Below are positions 53,861-64,000 of a stretch of 64,000 nt of DNA, one piece after another. Source of the stretch: Octopus bimaculoides (lineage: Eukaryota); assembly GCF_001194135.2 (NCBI RefSeq), contig NC_068982.1:5158604-5222603 (forward strand). Reading direction: 5' to 3'. A program made the position numbers and the translations under genes. Under the pieces are notes generated by a model. That model was given only the letters and a program-made list of their open reading frames with translations, was not told the DNA's origin and did not search any database. Numbering within the stretch: the first letter of the stretch is position 1; the number at the start of each line of letters is the position of its first letter.

Positions 53861-53895
53861 TAGTCATGATTAGCACAAGCGAAACCGGTCGACTA
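53861..53895 (+). ncRNA. Minimal type I hammerhead ribozyme with variant core (A3-U8 replacing C3-G8)
   Basis: TAGTC-ATGATTA-GC(ACAA)GC-GAAAC-CG-GTC-GACTA: perfect 5-bp stem I, GUC triplet, palindromic stem III ACCGGT. Confidence 0.65.
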
Positions 53896-56800
53896 TGTAA
53901 ATAGTTTATATATANNNNNNNNNNNNNNNNNNNNNNNNNNNNNNNNNNNNNNNNNNNNNNNNNNNNNNNNNNNNNNNNNNNNNNNNNNNNNNNNNNNNNN
54001 NNNNNNNNNNNNNNNNNNNNNNNNNNNNNNNNNNNNNNNNNNNNNNNNNNNNNNNNNNNNNNNNNNNNNNNNNNNNNNNNNNNNNNNNNNNNNNNNNNNN
54101 NNNNNNNNNNNNNNNNNNNNNNNNNNNNNNNNNNNNNNNNNNNNNNNNNNNNNNNNNNNNNNNNNNNNNNNNNNNNNNNNNNNNNNNNNNNNNNNNNNNN
54201 NNNNNNNNNNNNNNNNNNNNNNNNNNNNNNNNNNNNNNNNNNNNNNNNNNNNNNNNNNNNNNNNNNNNNNNNNNNNNNNNNNNNNNNNNNNNNNNNNNNN
54301 NNNNNNNNNNNNNNNNNNNNNNNNNNNNNNNNNNNNNNNNNNNNNNNNNNNNNNNNNNNNNNNNNNNNNNNNNNNNNNNNNNNNNNNNNNNNNNNNNNNN
54401 NNNNNNNNNNNNNNNNNNNNNNNNNNNNNNNNNNNNNNNNNNNNNNNNNNNNNNNNNNNNNNNNNNNNNNNNNNNNNNNNNNNNNNNNNNNNNNNNNNNN
54501 NNNNNNNNNNNNNNNNNNNNNNNNNNNNNNNNNNNNNNNNNNNNNNNNNNNNNNNNNNNNNNNNNNNNNNNNNNNNNNNNNNNNNNNNNNNNNNNNNNNN
54601 NNNNNNNNNNNNNNNNNNNNNNNNNNNNNNNNNNNNNNNNNNNNTATATATATATATATATATGCTTTATTAAAAAAGCCACAAAGTTATCATATTACTC
54701 TACCTCCGGTATTCGAGTACTACTTTTTCCACCTTGTTTCGCATTTATGTGTTTATTTTGGTATATATGTGTGTGTGTGTGTGCACACACTTGTGCATGT
54801 GTGTATGTGTAAGTATATATACATGCACACAGACATATACATATGCATACTTGCACATGCCACTGCTATTATTACCATTGCAAAGAAGTTGATTTTTGAG
54901 ACTGGGTCAATTTAATTGACACCTGAATTAATAACTATTTTCGCATTGTTTTTGCTGGCTTCCCAGTCAACAGACGTTGTGGTGCCTTATTATCCTGTTC
55001 ATTAGACCATACTTTCTGTTAAAAGAAAAAATTTATTAATGGAGTGATCTGCAGAAAAATGTTATAATCAATATTGAAAAATTTTATAATTAAATTTTAC
55101 TTTATTAGAATTTGTTCACTTTCTTATAATGTTATTATTATAATTATTATTTAAATTTCAGATTATTTCAGATTTATTAAAATACAATGGCTATGATCAC
55201 ATGTCTTCTAACCATGCCCATCCCCATCCATCATTTTGTCTACCTAGAACTACACTGTTTAATGTGTTGTTCTGTTTTTTTAGAACAATACGATGTAATT
55301 TTAGAGAATCCTTTGGTACTGTAGCAGGTTAAGTGCCTATAGTGGCTTTCCTGTTGGCCTGTTGGTTATGGCATAAATATGGTAGGCTATTGACCGCTTA
55401 ATTATTAGCTCAAACTTTACTATTACAGTCACAACAATATATTCTCTTGGACAATTCAGATGATAATACTTGACTCAACTTGACCAGCTGAAAGTAGATT
55501 CTATTCCTATGTTTTGGTTCTGAAATTAACAAGAGGAAGGATGTGCAGAGATAAAAACAATTGGTTCTTCACTTGAAAGTACTTTGAATTTGGAAAACCC
55601 ATCTCATTAATTTTAGTATTGAAATGCAAATGTAAAATGGTGCTTCATCGGTTATAAGGACAAGTGTCCCAGTTGATTTGATCAATAGAGAACTGCCTGC
55701 TTATGAAATTAACATGCAAGTGGCTCAGCATGTACATTAAGGGTACATTAAGAGTACATGTGTTACCCTTAATGTAGTTCCCGAGGAGAATCAGCATGAC
55801 ACAGAATCACTAGCGTTACTAGAGTGTGTGCTGCCCAGGGTGGCCCTTCCATTTATCACCTCCAGGACCCCACAAAAAACACTTATTGCCTACAGCAATA
55901 GCCTATGACAGGATGAAAAGTGCCAACCCTTTAAAAGTGCTGCCCGGGGCAGATCACTCCTACCTCTCCCCCAGATATGCTAGTACAACGAATGTGACAA
56001 GGCTTGTACTTTCAAACCACAGATACAACTCATGTTTGCCCATTGAATGAACTGGAGCAATGTGAAATAAAGTGTCTTGCTCAAGGACACGATGTGTCAC
56101 CAGGAATTGAACACACATCCTTACAATTATGAGCTGAATACCCTAACCACGAAGACATGTGCCTTCAAGTGCAAATGTAAAAGCGGGAAAAAAAGCCATC
56201 AGCAGTTCCAGCAGATTCTTCATTTAGACATTTTAGAAGTAGAAAGTGTGTTAGCTGGTCAGAAATATAAAAATATTGCATTCCAAGAATATGCCTTTAG
56301 GGTAGTTGGTGAAATTCCATAAGAAAATAATTTGAGGCAACAATAACAATCTCAGTACATTCATGAAATCAGACAGATCAATTCTCATCAATCACTTGAG
56401 TATTCATATTAAAATCATTCAAAATAGCCAATATTTTTCCTTGGTGGCTGTTATTGTATTCAAGAACAGAAATCAGATAATCGTTATTTAGGTCATCTGA
56501 TAAAAATACTATTTATAGTTGCACAATAAAGACTATTATAACAGGATTCTAATATTTTGGATAAATTTCATATATTTTAAATGCACTTAGTTTTGCCGTG
56601 TAAGCATTTTGAGTTCAAAGCCAAATTTAATGTGGAATATATTTAACGAATTATCTCAACTTGGGACATTTTAGGTCCGTTGAAATCCAATGTAATCCAA
56701 ATAAATTATTTATGTATAATTCCTGCACAACACAATTGCATTTTTATGTAAAAAAATTCATAATAAATCACAGACATTACCTCCATAATTACCATTTTTT

Positions 56801-57281
56801 GAATTTCTTATCAAATCTACTCATACACTTCACTCTTCCATTTCTTTAGAGACAGTCCATGATGTAGAAGACGTGTAGTTCCAGTTGGCTCTTACCATTT
56901 ATCACTATAAATAATGACTCAAGCTTTCATGAATCTGATATTTCAGTTGGTTCAATTATTATTATCTTGAGACTTGTATGTTTTTTACAAAGCTCTTCCA
57001 TTACAATACGACTCTGAAGTTTCATTTTTGTTATTCAAAACTCTGGATAGAATTATACATAGTTTCCTTCAAACATCTTTTGTCTTTTATCTTTTACTTG
57101 TTTCAGTCATTAGACTGTGGCCATACTGGGGCACTGTCTTGAAGAATTTTAGTCAAACATATCAACCCCAGGACTTATTCTTTGTAAGATTGGTTCGGAG
57201 CTAATGCAGAATCACACCCCGACCCCCTTGAAAAATGCATTTTGCTGGAAAAGTTTATTTGGATCCCTAGGTTTTACATGT

Positions 57282-57391
57282 TGGAGGGTATATCAGCCGA
57301 AACGTTTTGTTAACAACAAACAAGATGAGGACAAATGTCTGTCAAATGTAAATAATGTACTTAGTTCCTCATCTCTTAAATATAGAACTGA
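57282..57391 (+). mobile_element. 5'-truncated second copy of the hammerhead SINE
   Basis: tggagggtatatcagccgaaacgttttgttaacaacaaacaagatgaggac...tatagaactgaa matches the reverse complement of 59700-59815. Confidence 0.85.
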
Positions 57392-57404
57392 ACAATTTCT
57401 AGAG

Positions 57405-58100
57405 TTTAGCCAAATGAACATAAAAAGTGCACTTTACATACGTGCTTTAATGAAATTTCCACACTTTAATATACAACAATATATTTAAAATGGGGAGATG
57501 GTTAAGGGGTGGGGTGAGGGTTTAATATTTTGAAAATTACTTTGCATATTTGTAATCTCCGACATCTAAAGGCTGGAATCCAAAGAAATTTTTTCGAAAA
57601 AATGCATTTTTGATGCATGATTCATTTAAAAGAATATAATTATATTTGACTGGGTAATTTGAATCCTAAAGGGTTAAATCACTTTAAAACTGGAGGCAAT
57701 TTGGTATCAAAAGAGTTATAAATGGTAAATTTAGTATCAAGGTTTTTAATGCCATTGCAAACAAACAAACAAATTAGGGGCTAATACAAGTTTCGCAACT
57801 CACCTTCAAAAATGCATTGTTTTGAAAAGTATTTTTTCAGATTCTTAAGTTTTAGATGTCGGAGATTATGAATATGCAAAACAAAAATTTACAAAGTTTT
57901 AACCTCTCCCCACACCCCCAATTTTAAATGTATTGTTGTGTATTAAAGTGTGGAAATTGCATTAAAGCTGTTTAGCCAAATGAACATAGAAAGTGCACTT
58001 TACATACTTACTTTAATGAAATTTCCACACCTCAGTATACAACAATATATTTAAAATGGGAAGATGGTTGAGTTGGGGAGGGGTGGTTAAAATTTGGGAA
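57405..58100. repeat. Direct-plus-inverted repeat block (A, inverted A, A), MITE-like
   Basis: 57444-57610 is inverted at 57808-57968; 57405-57520 is repeated directly at 57971-58100. Confidence 0.8.
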
Positions 58101-58217
58101 ATGTTTTTTCCCCTTGGTGCTTATTCTATTGGTCTGTTTTTGCCAAACTACTCAGTTATGGGGACATAAACATACCAACACCAGTTGTCAAGGGATGATG
58201 GAGTACAAACACAGACA

Positions 58218-58303
<86 letters not shown>

Positions 58304-59360
58304 TACACGCACACATGCGCATAAATATACGATGAGCTTCTTTCAGTCTCCATTTACTCACAAGGCTTTGGTCAGCCTGCAGCTATAGAAGAAGGCACTT
58401 GCTGAAGGTGCCACACAATGGGACTGAACCTAGAACCATTTGGTTGGGAAGCAAACTGCTTACCACACAACCTTTTGCCCCTAAAATTCAATCAACTGAC
58501 AGATTCTGCACTCTCGCAATTAGCCATTTATTATTATTTTTTTTTGTGAATAAAGAAAGAAAATCTAAAGTAGAAATTGCAAAAGAGTGAGATGTTCAGT
58601 ATAAAGTGACATTAAGAGTATATTTGGTGAATTAATTACTACATAGTCATATTATTAAATCTGATTACTGTCATTTATTGTGCCTCTGAGCCAGACACAT
58701 TACCATCCATGTCTGTCAGATAACAAGTTTCATTTCAACGATGCTGTCGACTGGTTACCATTTGAAAGGTCATTCATTTGTAAAATTAATTACTCCAATA
58801 ATATGCAGACATTCAAATTTGCAAAAACATCCAACATGACGGAAACATGAAAACATGGATGCAAAACAGAGCAAAGAAACATAATAATTAAAATTTGTGT
58901 GATGTTTCTCAACAACATGGTTCTAGGTTCAATCCCACTGCACGGCACTTTGGGCAAGTGTCTTTTTACTATAGCCTTGGGCTAACCAAAGCCTTGTGTG
59001 TGGATTTGTGATGGTGTGTTTATGACATTGTAACTTAGAGGTTTGACAAAAGAGATTGATAGAATAAGCAATAGGCTTTACAGAAAAAATATGTACATGG
59101 GTTGATTCATTTGACTAAAAATTCTTCAAGGCGATGCCCCAGCATGGCTGCAATCTAATGACTGAAACAAGTAAAGCATAAATGATAGTTCTGGTCAAGG
59201 ATCACACATGATACATGAAATTTACCTTCTTTATTTGTCCAATCATTGATGGAGAAGAAGCAGCAGAAATAGTTGGGTTTATTTTTTTTTATCCATCCAC
59301 TATATTCTGAGATCAACTATCACCTTTTCATATTTGATGGATATTATTATTATTATCATG

Positions 59361-59488
59361 GTTCAGTAGTTTTATTTTTATAACGTGCTTTCACTTCACT
59401 ACCGAGCGCAGCTCTGTGCGCCTTGGGTATGTGCTGTGGTTTGCTGTGGTGCTCTTATGGTTACTGTATTGAAAGTGTTTTGCGTTAA

Positions 59489-59490
<2 letters not shown>
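59361..59490 (-). mobile_element. Second copy of the same R4/Dong-like 3' end
   Basis: Matches 50810-50910; ends aactactgaa followed by (TAA)n. Confidence 0.75.
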
Positions 59491-59542
<52 letters not shown>

Positions 59543-59597
59543 TACTACTACTACTACTATTATTATTATTATCAGTATTATTATTATTATTATTATT

Positions 59598-59666
59598 GCC
59601 TTTACACAGCTTCTAACGCTGAAGATGTACTGCAGTGTCACTGCCAGTGAACTGAGGTAACACCTC

Positions 59667-59668
<2 letters not shown>
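59598..59668 (-). mobile_element. ~70-bp unique segment between (TAA)n runs, probably the 3' tail of another retroelement
   Basis: Reads ...cactggcagtgacactgcagtacatcttcagcgttagaagctgtgtaaaggc(aat)n on the minus strand. Confidence 0.45.
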
Positions 59669-59699
<31 letters not shown>

Positions 59700-59704
<5 letters not shown>

Positions 59705-59980
59705 TTCTATATTTAAGAGATGAGGAATTATGTACATTATTTACATTATTTACAATTGACAGATATTTGTCCTCATCTTGTTTGTTGTTAATACGTTTCG
59801 GCTGATATACTCTCCAGCCTTCATCAGGTGTCCTGGAGAAATTTCAAACCTGGGTTCTCATTCCTAAGGTATTTTTCAATGTTATTATTATTATTATTAT
59901 CATTATTCAGGTCACTGCCTGGAATCGAACTCGGAATCTTGGGGTTAGTAGCTCACACTCTTAACCACTACGCCATATGC
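59700..59980 (-). mobile_element. tRNA-derived SINE carrying an internal minimal hammerhead ribozyme motif
   Basis: Head has A box TGGCGTAGTGG and B box AGTTCGATTCC, then an (AAT)n linker, then ACAC-CTGATGA-A-GGCTG[10 nt]CAGCC-GAAAC-GTA. The 3' end is tagaactgaa plus (TAA)n. Confidence 0.8.
59790..59832 (-). ncRNA. Minimal type I hammerhead ribozyme motif (stem I 3' arm damaged in this copy)
   Basis: CUGAUGA core, extra A, 5-bp stem II GGCUG/CAGCC, GAAAC, zero-loop palindromic stem III AC/GU, GUA triplet. Confidence 0.65.
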
Positions 59981-60264
59981 TTTTATCTCACTGAAGCTGT
60001 GAAATGACAGAAAAAAGATCTGAACAAAATGGCTTACAGCACTTTTGTCTGTCCAACTAAATTCTGAGTTAAAATTGACCAAATCCGACAGGATTTCCTA
60101 CATCTTTCTTCATTACCAAAACAATTAATGTTAATAAGATACCACGATTGATTCAATCAGTTGATTGTACAGCTTCCTTTCAAGAATTGACACAGTACCT
60201 GTCTAAGAAATCAATAGCAATCATTTATGTCTTATAGATTCTTCATTTATCTTTTACCATATCG

Positions 60265-60970
60265 GTTGTTTCAGTCATTTAGACTGTGGCCATGCTGGGG
60301 CACCACCCTCAAGAATTTTTGGTTGAATGAATCAACCTCAGCACTTTTTTTTTAAAGACTGGTACTTATTCTATCAGCCTATTTTGGTGAATTACTAAGT
60401 TATGGGGATGTAAACACACCAACACTGGTTGTCAAGCAGTGATGGGGACTAACGCAGTCACAAACACACACACACACAAAATGGGTTTCTTTCAGTTTCC
60501 ATCTACCAAATCCATTCATAAGTCTTTCGTTGGTCTCAGGCTATGGTAGAAGACACTTGCCCTAGGTGCCACACAATGGGACTGAACCTGGAACCATGTG
60601 GTTGGGAAGCAAGCTTCTTACCACATAGCTACTCCTATATATATATGACGGCATTCTTTCAGTTTTCATCTACCAAATCCACTCACAAGGCTTAGATCAG
60701 CCCGAGGCTATAGCAGAAGACACTTGCCCAAGGTGCTACACACTGGGACTGAACCCAGAACCATATGGTTGGGAAGCAAGCTTCTTACCACACAGCCACT
60801 CCTATATATATGATGGGCGTCTTTCAGTTTGCATCTACCAAATCCACTCACAAGGCTTTGGTCAGCCCGAGGCTATAGTAGAAGACACCTGCTCAAGGTG
60901 CCTTGCAATGAGACTGAACCCGGAACCATAATGGTTTTGGAAGCAGGCTTCTTACCCCAAAACCAAACCT
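60265..60970 (-). mobile_element. CORE-type SINE with three tandem 5' modules and one 3' module
   Basis: Head modules at about 60810-60965, 60650-60803 and 60481-60637 are joined by (TA)n; the tail is at 60265-60460. Confidence 0.85.
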
Positions 60971-61376
60971 GTAGCCAGCATAAGCTCTGTTAGAAGTTTC
61001 TATTTTTTCAATTGAACAGCATCAACTACAGAAAGATGACCAACATTATAATCATCTACTCTTCCTCTAAAGATGATACATGTATTACAGCCGTGGCCAT
61101 CTTGTCTTTCTTGAGGTCCCTACAACTAGATTCTATAATGTATCTTTTTTAAAATAGGGTGTGATTTGAGAAAGATTTGACTACTATTTCTTGGAGGCTA
61201 ATTGATCAGACAGAGCCATGGTTCCCAACTTTTTTAACATCCAGGTCAAATCCAAAACCTGGTTTATTTTAGCAGGACACACCAAAGAATGCATATCATA
61301 AGTTAATTAACGGAAAATCTATGATATATCGTAAAACCTTAGTGTATATTGTTTTATATATATATACATACATGTA

Positions 61377-61500
61377 GGAGAGACATGGTCTAGTGGTTAG
61401 AGCAGCTGACTCGCAGCGATTTGTTCGACTAAAGGCGGTGCTCCAGCATGGCCACGGTCAAATGACTGAAACAAATAAAAGAATAAAAGAATAAAAGAAT
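61377..61500 (+). mobile_element. Chimeric SINE: head of the 21751 family fused to the CORE-family tail
   Basis: ggagagacatggtctagtggttagagcagctgactcgc|agcgatttgttcgactaaaggcggtgctccagcatggcc...(taaaagaa)n. Confidence 0.7.
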
Positions 61501-61589
61501 AAGTTGTTGTAAACATTTTTCTCACCCTGTGGAGTCAATATGAACCACAGGAAAGATGTGGCGTTCAAGACTTATCCATTCTAATCTCC

Positions 61590-61820
61590 ATTACCATTGT
61601 CATCATCACCATCATTGCAATCCACAGCACTGCCAACATAGCTGCCACCACCACCACCACCACCACCACCACCACCACCACCACCAGCATTCATCTACAC
61701 TCCAGTACTGCCATTAACACCACTTCATCTTCATCCATCTTCTGCATCGTTATTAACACCTCAAGTATCGTCATCAGCTTCACCATCATCATCATCATTC
61801 TCATCGCCTTCATCATGGTA
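61590..61820. repeat. (CAC)n / (CAT)n low-complexity tract
   Basis: Direct inspection. Confidence 0.85.
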
Positions 61821-62692
61821 TTCTTGAAAATTAACAAGGTATCCATTCCATATCTTGTTCGCTCCTGCATTTGTATGTTCCTCACTCGCAGATGCTCTGC
61901 TTAGAAGTCTTCAAAATAACAACAAAAAAACAACATACAAAAGAAAAAAGAAAACTTGTGCAAATAAGCATGTAATAGAACTTACAACTTTAATGAAAAA
62001 AAGAAAAACACACAAAAAACAAAAAATGGAAAGAGAAGCGAGGAAAAAAAATTAGATTTTACTTGCATGCATTTAATGGTGCATGGAGTGCACTTGGAAT
62101 ATTTTCTCCGAAGATGCTGCACCAGGCTAGCTTCTCATAGCTTCTTCAGCAAATAGGATAATAATAACAACCTTGTTGTAACCGTTTTTGATGCAATTAT
62201 AGTTGTTGTTGTTGTTATTTGTTTCTTTTTTATTTTTTCTCCCCCAAATATTTTTCTTTATGTTTGCAAATCGGTAACTGAGCACCAGTTGATACCGTCT
62301 GTCATGTGTCATCGCTAAAACGTCTCTTGTTTCTTAACATTTTAAAAATTTCTTTTCTTTTCTGTTTATTCGTTTATTCTTTCGTTTATCTGATTTGCAT
62401 TTTGAAATTTTAATTTGTAATTTTTTTCTATCCTCTTTTTTTTATATATTCTTTTATTTGTTTCAGTTATTTTGACTGCGGCCATGCTGGAGCATCGCTT
62501 TTAGTCGAACTTATCAATCCCAGGACTTATCCTTTGTAAGCCTAGTACTTATTCTATTGGTCTCTTTTTGTCGAACCTCTAAGTTATGGGGACGTAAACA
62601 CACCAATATTGGCTATCAAGCGATAATGGATGCACAAACACACACACATAAACATATACACGCACACATACATATGCATATATATATATAAA

Positions 62693-63067
62693 AAGCACCA
62701 TCTGAGCGTGATCGTTACCAGGGCTGCTGACTAGCTCCTGTGCCGGTGGCATGTAAAAAGTACCATTTGAGTGTGATCGTTGCCAGTGTCACCTGACTGG
62801 CACATGTGCTGGTGGCATGTGAAAAACAACATTCAAGCGTGGTTGTTGCCAGAACTGCCTGACTGGCCCTCATGCTGGTGTCACATAAAAGCGCCTACTA
62901 CACTCTCGGAGTGGTTGGCATTAGGATGGGCATCCAGCTGTAGAAACTTTGCCAGATCAGATTGGAGCCTGGTGCAGCCATCTGTCTCGCCAGCCCTCAG
63001 TCAAACCGTCCAACCCATGCCAGCATGGAAACCAGACGTTAAACAATGATGATGATGATGATGATGA
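62693..63067 (+). mobile_element. Same RTE-type element with three ~65-bp internal units
   Basis: Units gagcgtgatcgttgccagt...actggc...gtgccggtggcatgtaaaaag. Other copies lie at 1825, 20990, 23145, 29183, 37975, 38957, 44532, 48118, 50192 and 52109. Confidence 0.75.
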
Positions 63068-64000
63068 TATATTTCTTTTACTCGTTCTTTCTTTGATAGT
63101 TCTGAATCTATTTTTTTTTAATTCTAGAATTGGTGCAATGATTGTTTTTGGTTTTTTTTACTTAGAGATCTTCCTTACAAGTAAAGGTAGAACCTGACAT
63201 TAACAAAGCATAACGATGCAAGAAGAATTTTGTATCTTCCTAAGAGACAGAGCGCGATCATTGTAGCAAGAGAATTTTGATCATATACGTAGTAAATGGT
63301 CTGAGCCATAGAAATGATAAATCATTGGAAGAGAACCATTTGACAAGAGCTTGTGTTTAATGTTCCTAGCATTAAACTGGTAGAAAATACATCTCTCTTG
63401 AATAAAAAGACATATTTATTTCAGGTGATTTTTTACCAAGAAGAATCATTAAGTTTTTCTGTCAGGTGGTACAAAGAATTGTTTCCTCTACAAAGGTGGG
63501 GGAAAAAAAACTGAAAACTTGCAAGTGAACTGAACTTAAAACAAATGAACTGAGGTCAGTTACCCTACCCACTCAGCCAATTTATTTCTGAGTGTGTAGT
63601 GGTGATTCAAAAGCAAACCACTAGATAGCTAATCAGACATCATAGAAAAAACCACAGCATGTTACACATGATTGGTCTATTAAGTAACCAATCAGCTCCA
63701 AGCCACCACATGATTTGATTTCCTAGAATTTTCTTCTTGTGCCCTATATAAAAAAAGGTGGATTTTGGGAAAAATCACAGAATGTTGAGGCTGCCACACA
63801 TCAACTCCATTCTTGACGCAACTAGCCGATTAGAACAGATGGTAGACAGTCAACAGGAATCTCTGATGCTACAGTTATAGTGCAATTATTTTCCATTTGT
63901 GATAGGTCAGCCACACTCTGCTATATCAGTTAATTTGTAGTAGGCCCCAAGCAGTATGTCACTCCTTGTATATAATTATTGCTGTTATATTCACAAAAGA

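Noticed and set aside
59908-59980. tRNA-like sequence (also 21751-21825 and the CORE SINE heads)
   Set aside because: Continues into a SINE body, with imperfect stems and repeated copies; not a tRNA gene.
62700-62900. Regularly spaced repeats resembling a CRISPR array
   Set aside because: Degenerate tandem units without unique spacers, inside a eukaryotic retroelement, with no cas genes.
63456-63495. tttttctgtcAG|GTGGTACAAAG resembling NCS WYK
   Set aside because: Wrong strand relative to NCS-1 exon 1 and the following residues do not match.

Overview
AT-rich, microsatellite- and SINE-saturated animal genomic DNA with N gaps. The repeat families and gene are consistent with an octopus (coleoid cephalopod) draft assembly; the species assignment is inference. 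One host coding exon is recognisable and the ORF track missed it: the 64-nt first coding exon of NCS-1/frequenin (minus strand, 17775-17838, MGKRNSKLKPDEIEELRTKTY, GTAAG donor). No later NCS-1 exon was found to the left, so intron 1 probably exceeds 17 kb or exon 2 lies in a gap. The rest is repeats: tRNA-derived SINEs of several families, RTE-derived non-autonomous elements, LINE relics (R4/Dong-like, CR1-like, RLE-type), two Tc1/mariner relics, a Chapaev-like transposase relic and hAT/piggyBac/fold-back MITEs. Most interesting are several unrelated minimal type I hammerhead ribozyme motifs. One sits inside a Pol III tRNA-headed SINE (59700-59980), one has a compensatory A3-U8 core pair (53861-53895), and one overlaps the stop codon of a coding-like relic (33996-34034). 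There is also a ~135-nt near-perfect hairpin in NCS-1 intron 1. All assignments are by eye; no searches were run. No CRISPR, rRNA or genuine tRNA genes were seen.
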